From assembly GCA_036501665.1 (NCBI GenBank), contig DASXZW010000071.1, forward strand, positions 59,763-123,762: a stretch of DNA of 64,000 nt. Reading direction: 5' to 3'. A program made the position numbers and the translations under genes. Shown here piece by piece: positions 36,333-44,112 of the stretch. Below the pieces are notes generated by a model. The model saw only the letters and a program-made list of their open reading frames with translations. It made no database searches and was not told the DNA's origin. Source of the DNA: Verrucomicrobiia bacterium. Lineage in GTDB: Bacteria; Verrucomicrobiota; Verrucomicrobiia; Limisphaerales; Palsa-1400. Numbering within the stretch: the first letter of the stretch is position 1; each line of letters begins with the position of its first letter.

Positions 36333-38461
36333 TGAAAACAATCGTCCGTTTTCTTCTGCGCCTGTTGTTTAGGTTTCGCGCCGAGAATGTTGCGGTTCTT
36401 GACACCACGGGGCCGGTCATCCTGCTGCCGAACCACACTTCGTGGCTCGATTGGTTTTTTGTGGCGGCGTGCGTTGATAGCACCTGGCGGTTTGTGACGT
36501 CGAAGGAGGCGGCGCAGACCAGCTTAGTTCATCGGTTCATCATGATCAACCGATTCACTTTTCCCGTCGAAATTGATTCCCCGTTTGCTGTCAAGCGCAT
36601 GGCGGAGTTTCTTCAAAGCGGCGGCAAGCTCGTTCTTTTTCCCGAAGGCCGCCTCTCCCGAACCGGCTCGTTGATGAAGCTTTTTGAAGGCACCGGTTTT
36701 CTGCTGCTCAAAACGAACGCCAAGGTCATCACCTGTTATTTGCGCGGCGCGAGGCGGCTCCCGTATTCTCCCAATCCCAACCGCAAATTCCTTTTCCCGA
36801 ATGTCTCCGCCCATTTCAGCGAACTTCTGACCGCGCCAAAGCCCGAAGGCATGAGCATGATCCGCGCACGGCAGCGCGTGACGCGATGGGTCTATGATAC
36901 GATGGTCCGTCAACAATTTGAATGCGATTTCGCCGCCTCGCCGGATTCTGTGCTGGGCTTTATCGTGGAAACCGCGCGGCAATTCCCCGCGAACAATGTC
37001 CTCCAGGATGTGTCGCGGAAAAAGCTCACGTTGCGCCGATTGCTCGCGGGCGCAGCGGCGCTCGCGGAACAATGGCCTGCTCGGTTGTCCGCGGAACAAG
37101 GTGAACACGTCGGCGTCCTTCTTCCCAATTCCAACGCGGTCCCGGCGGCGCTTCTCAGCCTTTGGTCAGTTTCCAAAATCCCCGCGATATTCAACTTCTC
37201 CACTGGCATTCCGACAATGCTCGCCTGCGCGAAACTTGCGGGGGTCAAGAATATCATTACTTCCAAATTGTTCCTGGAGCGCGCCAAGCTGAACCTCCAG
37301 CCGATGACCGACGCAGGCGTCAATATTATTTATCTGGAGGATGTTCGCGCCGCGATTTCCAAACCGCAGCAATGGCGCGCGCTGCTTCGCGCGACTTTCA
37401 GCGCGAATTCCCTCGTCGGCGCTCAGAAGCGCGATGCCACGGCGGTCATTCTTTTCACGAGTGGTTCCGAAGGCCCGCCCAAAGGCGTCGAGTTAACCCA
37501 CGCCAATCTTATTTCCAACATCCTCCAAATGCTCTCGGTCCTAGACCTCATGGACACCGACCGCATTTTCAACGCAATGCCGCTGTTCCATAGCTTTGGC
37601 TTGCTGGGGTTGCTTCTCGGCGTTTCGCGCGGGATTTATGTTTTTCTTTATCCTTCGCCGCTGCACTACCGCATCATTCCGTCGCTCCTTTACGAATTGG
37701 ATTGCACGATTTTTTTTGGCACCAACACGTTCCTCAACGGATACGCGCGCAAGGCCCACGCGTACGATTTTCGCAGCGTGCGAATGCTCATTGCCGGCGC
37801 GGAAAAATTGCAGGAAGCCACCGCCAACATTTGGGCGCGGCAACTCGGTGTTCGCGTGTTGGAAGGCTACGGCGCGACGGAGTGCAGCCCGGCGATCACT
37901 ATCAATACCTTGCTCAATCCGCGGTTCGGTTCCGCAGGGCGGTTCCTGCCGGGAATCGAGTCTCGATTTGAGCCGGTCGAGGGCGTTGCGGAGGGCGGTC
38001 GATTATGGGTGCGCGGCCCGAACATCATGCGCGGCTATCTCAATCCTGAACCAAACGCGAAATTCCAGGAGCAGGGCGGGTGGTATGACACCGGCGACAT
38101 CGCGCGAGTTGATGAGGACGGATTTCTTTTCATACTGGGTCGCCTTAAGCGATTCGCAAAAGTCAGTGGCGAAATGGTCAGCCTCACAGCGGCCGAGGAA
38201 GCGTTGGCGGGCGCTTTTCCACAATATGGTGTGCGCTTTCAAATCGCTGTGCTTGCCCGCCACGATCCCCAGCGCGGCGAGGCCCTTGTTGCCGTTTCAA
38301 ACGAACAAAAGCTGAACCTTGAAGAAGTCCGCGCCGCGATTCGGTCCGCCGGGTTGAGTAATCTTTACGTCCCGCGCGAGGTCAAGTTTTTACGCGAGAT
38401 TCCGAAATTGGGCACCGGCAAAGTCAATCATCGGGAACTTCAGCGATTGATTGACGAGTAG
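36329..38461 (+). CDS. aas: Bifunctional 2-acyl-GPE acyltransferase / acyl-ACP synthetase (Aas-like)
   Basis: 710 aa. The N-terminal PlsC-type HX4D motif is PNHTSWLDW. The C-terminal adenylate-forming domain shows FTSGSEGPPKGV, YGATE and GWYDTGD…GRLKRFAK. Confidence 0.85.
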   Translation: MMKTIVRFLLRLLFRFRAENVAVLDTTGPVILLPNHTSWLDWFFVAACVDSTWRFVTSKEAAQTSLVHRFIMINRFTFPVEIDSPFAVKRMAEFLQSGGKLVLFPEGRLSRTGSLMKLFEGTGFLLLKTNAKVITCYLRGARRLPYSPNPNRKFLFPNVSAHFSELLTAPKPEGMSMIRARQRVTRWVYDTMVRQQFECDFAASPDSVLGFIVETARQFPANNVLQDVSRKKLTLRRLLAGAAALAEQWPARLSAEQGEHVGVLLPNSNAVPAALLSLWSVSKIPAIFNFSTGIPTMLACAKLAGVKNIITSKLFLERAKLNLQPMTDAGVNIIYLEDVRAAISKPQQWRALLRATFSANSLVGAQKRDATAVILFTSGSEGPPKGVELTHANLISNILQMLSVLDLMDTDRIFNAMPLFHSFGLLGLLLGVSRGIYVFLYPSPLHYRIIPSLLYELDCTIFFGTNTFLNGYARKAHAYDFRSVRMLIAGAEKLQEATANIWARQLGVRVLEGYGATECSPAITINTLLNPRFGSAGRFLPGIESRFEPVEGVAEGGRLWVRGPNIMRGYLNPEPNAKFQEQGGWYDTGDIARVDEDGFLFILGRLKRFAKVSGEMVSLTAAEEALAGAFPQYGVRFQIAVLARHDPQRGEALVAVSNEQKLNLEEVRAAIRSAGLSNLYVPREVKFLREIPKLGTGKVNHRELQRLIDE

Positions 38462-38503
38462 CATCGACTTCCCATCCCTGGCGGCATATTGTGGCGCGAA
38501 TTT

Positions 38504-39130
38504 ATGAAACTGCTCTTGTGTTTTCTCCTTGCTGCGTGTGCATCCATTCGCGCCGAAGCCCAGACTCCGCCTCCTCCTGCCGCCGACGCCGGGACGACGA
38601 GCGTCGAGACGATTGTTTGCGTGCGCCACGGGGAAAAACCAAAAGGCGGCCTGGGCCAGCTTAATTGCAAAGGTCTCAATCGCGCCCTGGCTTTGCCGAA
38701 AGTCTTGCTGGGAAAATTCGGAAAGCCTAATTTTGTCTTCGCACCCAACCCAACGGAAAAATCTGATGGGGACAACTATTTCTACGTGCGTCCGCTTGTG
38801 ACCATTGAGCCGACCGCGATTCGATGTGGGCTGCCAATCAACACTAAATTCGGGTTTCGCGACGTCGCCGGACTGGAACAGGAACTTCAACAGGCGCAAT
38901 ATCACAAAGCCACAGTTTTTGTCGCCTGGGAACACGCTTTGCTCGACGTTTTTGCGAAGGAAATGGTAAAGTCACTTGGCGGCGATTCTGCGCAAGTTCC
39001 AAGCTGGGCCTCGGATGATTTTGACAGCATTTTTCTGATCAAAATCACACGCGCGGGGCAGCACCAGACAATTGCATTCAGCGTCGATCACGAAGGCTTG
39101 AATGGCCAGAGCGACGACTGCCCGGATTAA
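38504..39130 (+). CDS. Secreted histidine-phosphatase-superfamily protein
   Basis: The ORF-track entry is 38489..39130 with a TTG start. ATG 38504 gives the signal peptide MKLLLCFLLAACASIRAEA. The RHG motif is present (IVCVRHGEKP), with a later VAWEH. Confidence 0.5.
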   Translation: MKLLLCFLLAACASIRAEAQTPPPPAADAGTTSVETIVCVRHGEKPKGGLGQLNCKGLNRALALPKVLLGKFGKPNFVFAPNPTEKSDGDNYFYVRPLVTIEPTAIRCGLPINTKFGFRDVAGLEQELQQAQYHKATVFVAWEHALLDVFAKEMVKSLGGDSAQVPSWASDDFDSIFLIKITRAGQHQTIAFSVDHEGLNGQSDDCPD

Positions 39131-39154
39131 ACGCGCCGCTTTCGCAATACTTAT

Positions 39155-41359
39155 ATGTACACTTCAAAATTATTTCGTGCGATCTATTTAACCGTGGCGA
39201 TGCTCGCCAGTGTCATCGTTTCTCCGGCGAACGCGGAAGTTCGATTGCCAAAAGTTTTCGCAACCCACATGGTGCTTCAACAGGAAAAGCCGATTGTGGT
39301 GTGGGGTTGGGCGCAACCGAATGAAACAGTGACCGTGACTCTCGACTCGGCAACCGCGCAAGCACAGGCCAATGACCGTGGTGAATGGAAAACCACTCTT
39401 CCTGCAATGAAAGCCGCCGGTCCCTTCACACTCAAAGTGACCGGCTCCAGCACAGCCCAATTTGATGACGTAATGATCGGCGAAGTCTGGCTTTGCTCAG
39501 GCCAGTCAAACATGGAAATGGGAATCGGCGCGGCCAACGATGGCGAAAAGGAAATCGCCGCAGCGGACCATCCTGGAATCCGCCTCCTCCTCGTCGCAAA
39601 AAAATGGGACCCGCTGCCGCAAAATGATATTGACGGCGAATGGAAGGTTTGCTCGCCACAGACGGTGGGGCAGAACGGTTGGGGCGGCTTTTCCGCCGCC
39701 GCCTATTATTTCGGGCGCGAACTCAACGCGAAGCTCGGCGTTACCGTCGGATTGATCGACTCCAGTTGGGGCGGGACGCTCATTCAGCCGTGGACGCCGC
39801 CTGAGGGTTTTGCCTCCGTCCCCGCGCTCGCTGGGGATTACAAACTGGTCCAACTTGCTGACCCCACAACTCCGCAACATCAGGAGCGCCTCAAACAAAC
39901 CCTCGACGGCACCGAAAAATGGCTCGAATCCGCCCGCAAAGCTTTGACCGACCGCACCATCGTTCCGCCGATGCCAGCTTACCCGGCTGATTTGCTTGCG
40001 CCACACGAATTGCAAAACTCCACCGCTCTCTACAATGGAATGATTCATCCGCTCGTCGGATATGGAATCCGCGGCGCAATCTGGTATCAGGGCGAGGCAA
40101 ACCTCGGCGACGGAATGCATTATGCCGACAGAATGAAGGGCCTCATCGGTGGCTGGCGCACGATTTGGAATGAAGGCGAATTCCCGTTCTACTTCGTGCA
40201 AATCGCGCCATTTAATTACGGCGGAAATCCAGAAAAGGAAGCTGAATTCTGGGAAGGGCAGGCCGCTGCCGCTCAATCCATTCCGAACACCGGCATGGCC
40301 GTCATCAACGATATTGGCAACCTTAAGGATATTCACCCTAAAGACAAACAAGATGTTGGCCACCGTCTGGCTTTGTTGGCCCTCGCAAAAACCTATGGTC
40401 GCACCGATGTGACGTATTCCGGGCCAAGCTTTAACTCGATGAAGGTCGAGGACAACAAGTTAAGACTCACCTTTGACAATATCGACGCCGGATTGGCCAC
40501 CCGCGATGGCACTCCGCCGAATTGGTTTGAGATCATTGACGCGGACGATGGCGGATTCGTGAAAGCTGACGCGCAAATTGATGGGGCCACAGTCGTTCTT
40601 TCCGCGCCCGGCGTCAAACATCCGGTCGCCATGCGATACGCCTGGAGCATGCTTGCCGAGCCGAATCTCATGAACAGCGACCGCCTGCCCGTCAGCGCAT
40701 TCCGCGCCGGCACCATTCCGAAACGCGATCTTCTTGCGATGAAAGTTCCCGAAGCCAAGGAGTATCGGCTCGTTTATGATCTTGACCTCGGAAAATTGGG
40801 CAGGGAGATCCAATACAGCGCGGACAATCATCAATCCATTACCCAACCCTTCGACCGCATCGCCTACTTCGTCGAAGTTCAGGAAAATGACGACAACACG
40901 GAATATTTATATGTCTCAATGGATGCTTTCACGACTGACCTGAAAAAAATCGGCGTGCCGACTGTCCAATCCGGCGCGCATTTCCAGGAGAACGTCGCGA
41001 ACTTGAACGTTTTTTCAAACGTTAAAGGAATTGAAACAGGGTCGAATCTTCCCGGAGGCAATATTGAATTCTGGCCAAACAACTACGCTCCCAACAACGC
41101 TTCAAAAGTTCCCAACGCTTCCAATGAAGCCTACGATTTCGGCGACGAACCGGTCGATCCGCCCGATGGCTACGGTTCCATGCAAGTCCACAACCACGAT
41201 GCCAAACAAACACTATTCGCGATCAACCATTGGAGCGAAGGGGGCAGGGCGGACATCGGCATCGGCAATCAGCCAGGCAACAACGCCGATTGGACTTTCT
41301 CCGCCAACGCTGGGAACTTCCCCGTCAAGCGCCTCCGGGTCCTTGTGCGTTGCCGCTAA
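39155..41359 (+). CDS. Sialate O-acetylesterase-like SGNH/DUF303 esterase with ~200-aa C-terminal extension
   Basis: 734 aa with Sec signal …VIVSPANA. The catalytic block GEVWLCSGQSNME, together with IRGAIWYQGEAN and FYFVQIAPF, is typical of the family. The extension starts at about nt 40751. Confidence 0.8.
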   Translation: MYTSKLFRAIYLTVAMLASVIVSPANAEVRLPKVFATHMVLQQEKPIVVWGWAQPNETVTVTLDSATAQAQANDRGEWKTTLPAMKAAGPFTLKVTGSSTAQFDDVMIGEVWLCSGQSNMEMGIGAANDGEKEIAAADHPGIRLLLVAKKWDPLPQNDIDGEWKVCSPQTVGQNGWGGFSAAAYYFGRELNAKLGVTVGLIDSSWGGTLIQPWTPPEGFASVPALAGDYKLVQLADPTTPQHQERLKQTLDGTEKWLESARKALTDRTIVPPMPAYPADLLAPHELQNSTALYNGMIHPLVGYGIRGAIWYQGEANLGDGMHYADRMKGLIGGWRTIWNEGEFPFYFVQIAPFNYGGNPEKEAEFWEGQAAAAQSIPNTGMAVINDIGNLKDIHPKDKQDVGHRLALLALAKTYGRTDVTYSGPSFNSMKVEDNKLRLTFDNIDAGLATRDGTPPNWFEIIDADDGGFVKADAQIDGATVVLSAPGVKHPVAMRYAWSMLAEPNLMNSDRLPVSAFRAGTIPKRDLLAMKVPEAKEYRLVYDLDLGKLGREIQYSADNHQSITQPFDRIAYFVEVQENDDNTEYLYVSMDAFTTDLKKIGVPTVQSGAHFQENVANLNVFSNVKGIETGSNLPGGNIEFWPNNYAPNNASKVPNASNEAYDFGDEPVDPPDGYGSMQVHNHDAKQTLFAINHWSEGGRADIGIGNQPGNNADWTFSANAGNFPVKRLRVLVRCR

Positions 41360-41377
41360 AAGCCAAGGCAAAAGGCG

Positions 41378-41440
41378 AACCACGGATTTCACGGATTTCA
41401 CGGATTTAAGAAAATCCTTTTCCCATCCGTGAAATCCGTG
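41378..41440. repeat. CACGGATTT tandem repeat forming a 16-bp perfect hairpin
   Basis: AACCACGGATTTCACGGATTTCACGGATTT occupies 41378-41407. ATCCGTGAAATCCGTG (41425-41440) is the exact reverse complement of CACGGATTTCACGGAT. The first 19 nt are identical to 21355-21373. Confidence 0.8.
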
Positions 41441-41656
41441 TTTATGCTTATGCCCTGTATTGCCTAAGGTTCTGGATGCGGCTGATGATCCGGCAAGTGT
41501 GAAAGCATTCGTTCCGATTGGCTGTGGGGGATTGATGTGTTTTGCGGGCACTCGTTTCGTTGACAAGATTTTCCTTTCACTTTCGGGAATCTCTTTTTAT
41601 TATTTGGTTCTGGGGCGGCTCAAATACCCCGTTCGCCGCCTGTGAGACAGATACTT

Positions 41657-42622
41657 ATGCCACTGACACATACTAAAGAATTGTTCGGCAAAGCCCTCAA
41701 AGGCAAATACGCCCTGGGCGCTTTCAACGTAAACAACATGGAACTGCTCCAGGCCATCATTGAGGCTTGCGAAGAGGAAAAGGCGCCCGTGATGCTCCAG
41801 ATTTCCAAGGGCGCGCGGCAATACGCCAGTCCTGTTTACCTCAAAAAACTTATTGAGGCCGCCGTCAGCACTTCCAACATTCCCATTGCCGTTCACCTTG
41901 ATCACGGCGATTCGTTCGACCTTTGCAAGGAGTGCATCGACGAGGGCTTTACCAGCGTCATGATCGACGGCAGCCACGAGCCATTCGAGAAAAACGCCGA
42001 AGTCTGCAAGCGCGTTGTCGAATACGCGCACAAACATAACTGCGTCGTTGAAGGCGAACTCGGCATGTTGGTCGGCGCCCAGCACGACGACGGCGAAGAA
42101 GGCGGCAGTTACTCCAAGGGCGGCGTTTATACCCATCCCGAGGAAGCGGTCCAATTTGTCCGCCAAACGGGGGTTGATTCCCTTGCCGTCGCCATTGGGA
42201 ATTCGCACGGCGCTTATAAATTCAAAGGCGAGCAACGCCTCGATCTTGACCGCCTCAAAGCGATCAAAAAAGCTCTCATGGACGCTGGTTTGGGCGATTA
42301 TCCCCTGGTTCTGCACGGAGCTTCAAGCGTCCCGAAGGAGTTGGTCCAAGAAATCAATAAATACGGCGGTAAAATGGGTGAAGACACGGCTGGTGTGCCC
42401 GAAGCCGACATCGAAATTGCCCGCCGCGTCGGATGCACCAAGGTGAATATTGACACCGATTTGCGCCTTGCCATGACGGCGGCTATCCGCAAGGTTTTCA
42501 CTGAAAGTCCTAAAGAATTTGATCCGCGAAAATATCTCGCTCCCGCTCGGGCAAAGGTCAAAGAACTGGTTCGCCACAAGGTTCGTGATGTCCTTTGCTG
42601 TGCTGGCCACGCCTTTGATTGA
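41657..42622 (+). CDS. fba: Class II fructose-1,6-bisphosphate aldolase
   Basis: The ORF-track entry is 41642..42622 with a GTG start. ATG 41657 gives MPLTHTKELFGKALKGKYALGAFNVNNMELLQAI…. The segments HLDHG, MIDGS and AIGNSHGAYKF are classic class II FBA. Confidence 0.9.
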   Translation: MPLTHTKELFGKALKGKYALGAFNVNNMELLQAIIEACEEEKAPVMLQISKGARQYASPVYLKKLIEAAVSTSNIPIAVHLDHGDSFDLCKECIDEGFTSVMIDGSHEPFEKNAEVCKRVVEYAHKHNCVVEGELGMLVGAQHDDGEEGGSYSKGGVYTHPEEAVQFVRQTGVDSLAVAIGNSHGAYKFKGEQRLDLDRLKAIKKALMDAGLGDYPLVLHGASSVPKELVQEINKYGGKMGEDTAGVPEADIEIARRVGCTKVNIDTDLRLAMTAAIRKVFTESPKEFDPRKYLAPARAKVKELVRHKVRDVLCCAGHAFD

Positions 42623-42633
42623 TTTGTGAAGTT

Positions 42634-42780
42634 GGTAGCGCGGGCCGTCTCGCCCGCCGCCTTCGGCGTCCCGCCGAAGGCATCACAGCCAGTGAGTGGT
42701 GCTCTCTACAGGAAGTCTAATTATGTAAGAATCCAGCAGGCGGGACGCCGACTGGGGCGACCAAGACGTTCGCGCTCCCA
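42634..42780. repeat. GC-rich element with imperfect terminal inverted repeats and an internal 10-bp hairpin
   Basis: The ends are GGTAGCGCGGGCCGTCTCGCCCGCC (42634-42658) and GGGGCGACCAAGACGTTCGCGCTCCCA (42754-42780); they share AGCGCG…CGTCT cores in inverted orientation. The inner perfect hairpin is GCCTTCGGCG-TCC-CGCCGAAGGC (42659-42681). Confidence 0.55.
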
Positions 42781-42824
42781 TTGCTGAAGTCTTATGGGTC
42801 ATATTGTCTCTTGTTGATGCCTCG

Positions 42825-42857
42825 AATTTGCGCCATTGTGATCCAATTGCGCAAATT
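42825..42857. promoter_or_regulatory. Perfect 9-bp inverted repeat AATTTGCGC-N15-GCGCAAATT upstream of hsp20
   Basis: Read directly from the sequence. It lies about 120 nt upstream of the first hsp20 ATG. Confidence 0.3.
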
Positions 42858-42891
42858 TATAAAAACATAAGTCGCTTCTCTTAAGCGTGTT

Positions 42892-42929
42892 ACAGATTTT
42901 ACAATCTGTGGCACGTCTTACGCTATAAT
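42892..42929 (+). promoter_or_regulatory. 18-bp palindrome ACAGATT-TTAC-AATCTGT followed by TATAAT (candidate operator plus -10 box)
   Basis: The palindrome is at 42892-42909. TATAAT is at 42924-42929, 47 nt before ATG 42976. The palindrome covers the position where a -35 element would lie. No good TTGACA is present. Confidence 0.35.
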
Positions 42930-42975
42930 GTGTTGTTGCATTTAGCACACAACAATAGAAAGAAGGAAACGATTT

Positions 42976-43461
42976 ATGAACTTAGCAAAATGGCAAAGAC
43001 CGGCATTTTGGGCCTTATCGCCTGTCCGGCACGTGGCGAATCTTCGCGACGAAGTCGATAACCTGTTTAACCTGGCGTTTGCGCGCCTCGGAAACACTCC
43101 AGAGGCCGAACCGCGATCCCAATTCCTCGAAGGTTGGTATCCCGCCGTGGATGTGACGGAGGATAAGGACACCTTGTCGGTGCGGGCGGAGATTCCTGGC
43201 ATGAAAAAGGAGGACATTGAAATCTCCCTGCACGAAGGCTTCCTGACTTTGTCGGGCGAGCGCAAGGGCGGAGAAAAGCTGGAAGGCTCGGAAACGTATC
43301 GTTCAGAGCGGTGGTTCGGGCGATTTCATCGCACGATCAGCCTGCCGTATGCAGTTGTGGCTGACCAGATCAAGGCCACTTACACCGACGGCGTCCTGAC
43401 GGTCACTCTGCCGAAAGCAGAAGAAGCCAAGCCGAAACAGATACCCATCACCGTAAAGTAA
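42976..43461 (+). CDS. Hsp20/alpha-crystallin small heat-shock protein
   Basis: 161 aa. The alpha-crystallin domain shows PAVDVTEDKDTLSVRAEIPGMKKEDIEISLHEGFLTLSGERK…F.R.ISLP…A.YTDGVLTVTLPK. Confidence 0.9.
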   Translation: MNLAKWQRPAFWALSPVRHVANLRDEVDNLFNLAFARLGNTPEAEPRSQFLEGWYPAVDVTEDKDTLSVRAEIPGMKKEDIEISLHEGFLTLSGERKGGEKLEGSETYRSERWFGRFHRTISLPYAVVADQIKATYTDGVLTVTLPKAEEAKPKQIPITVK

Positions 43462-43528
43462 ACAACAAAGTAAATCAATCATCGGGCAACTTCGGTTGCC
43501 CCGTCACAAAACAACAAGAAATAATTTT

Positions 43529-43909
43529 ATGAACACAGTTGCACAAGAAGAGACAAGACCACAGACCGCGCCAAACGTTGAGACGCCGCGCGAGTATATT
43601 TCGCCGGGAGTCAACATCGTTGAGACGAAGGAAGGCTACATCCTGGAAGCTGAGATGCCGGGCGTCAACAAAGACGGGCTGGACATCCAGTTGGAAGAAA
43701 ACGTATTGACGCTCGTGGGGCGCCGCGCTCCGGCGCCGGGGGGAACTTCGCTTTATCGCGAATCCCGCGCCGCCGATTTTCGACGCGTCTTTGAGTTGGA
43801 TCCGTCGATTGACACCCAGAAGATCAACGCCCGGATTGACCAAGGCATTCTGACTCTGACTCTGCCCAAGGCGGAAAAGGTCAAACCGCAAAAAATCACC
43901 GTAGGATAA
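43529..43909 (+). CDS. Hsp20/alpha-crystallin small heat-shock protein (second copy)
   Basis: The ORF-track entry is 43496..43909; I prefer ATG 43529. The domain shows PGVNIVETKEGYILEAEMPGVNKDGLDIQLEENVLTLVGRR…FRRVFEL…IDQGILTLTLPK. Confidence 0.85.
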   Translation: MNTVAQEETRPQTAPNVETPREYISPGVNIVETKEGYILEAEMPGVNKDGLDIQLEENVLTLVGRRAPAPGGTSLYRESRAADFRRVFELDPSIDTQKINARIDQGILTLTLPKAEKVKPQKITVG

Positions 43910-43934
43910 ACGAGCCACGAAAGTGGCATAGCCA

Positions 43935-43970
43935 AACGCCGGAAGCTCAACAAGTTTCCGGCGTTTTTTT
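43935..43970 (+). terminator. Rho-independent terminator after the hsp20 pair
   Basis: The stem is a perfect 10 bp, AACGCCGGAA (43935-43944) with TTCCGGCGTT (43956-43965). The loop is 11 nt and the T-run extends to 43970. Confidence 0.8.
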
Positions 43971-44004
43971 AGAGAGAATCACAAAAACCGTAGCCATTTT
44001 GGAT

Positions 44005-44069
44005 CCCCTCTCTTGGCGCTGCGCGTCCGTTCTCTCCCCGCCATGCGGGGAGAGAATTGAAGAGAGGGG
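44005..44069. repeat. Nested double hairpin between convergent hsp20 and metF
   Basis: The outer pair is CCCCTCTCTT (44005-44014) with AAGAGAGGGG (44060-44069). The inner perfect 12-bp stem is TTCTCTCCCCGC (44030-44041), CAT, GCGGGGAGAGAA (44045-44056). Confidence 0.7.
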
Positions 44070-44112
44070 TGCCAAAAAACTGTTGGAGATTTTGTTGAAA
44101 TTGCTTTAATTC

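Noticed and set aside
42942-42950. CIRCE (HrcA operator) upstream of hsp20: TTAGCACAC.
   Set aside because: Only one half-site is present. No GAGTGCTAA-like partner lies 9 nt away on either side. The flanking TG-rich pseudo-palindrome (TGTGTTGTTGC…GCACACAACAA) pairs at only about half of its positions.
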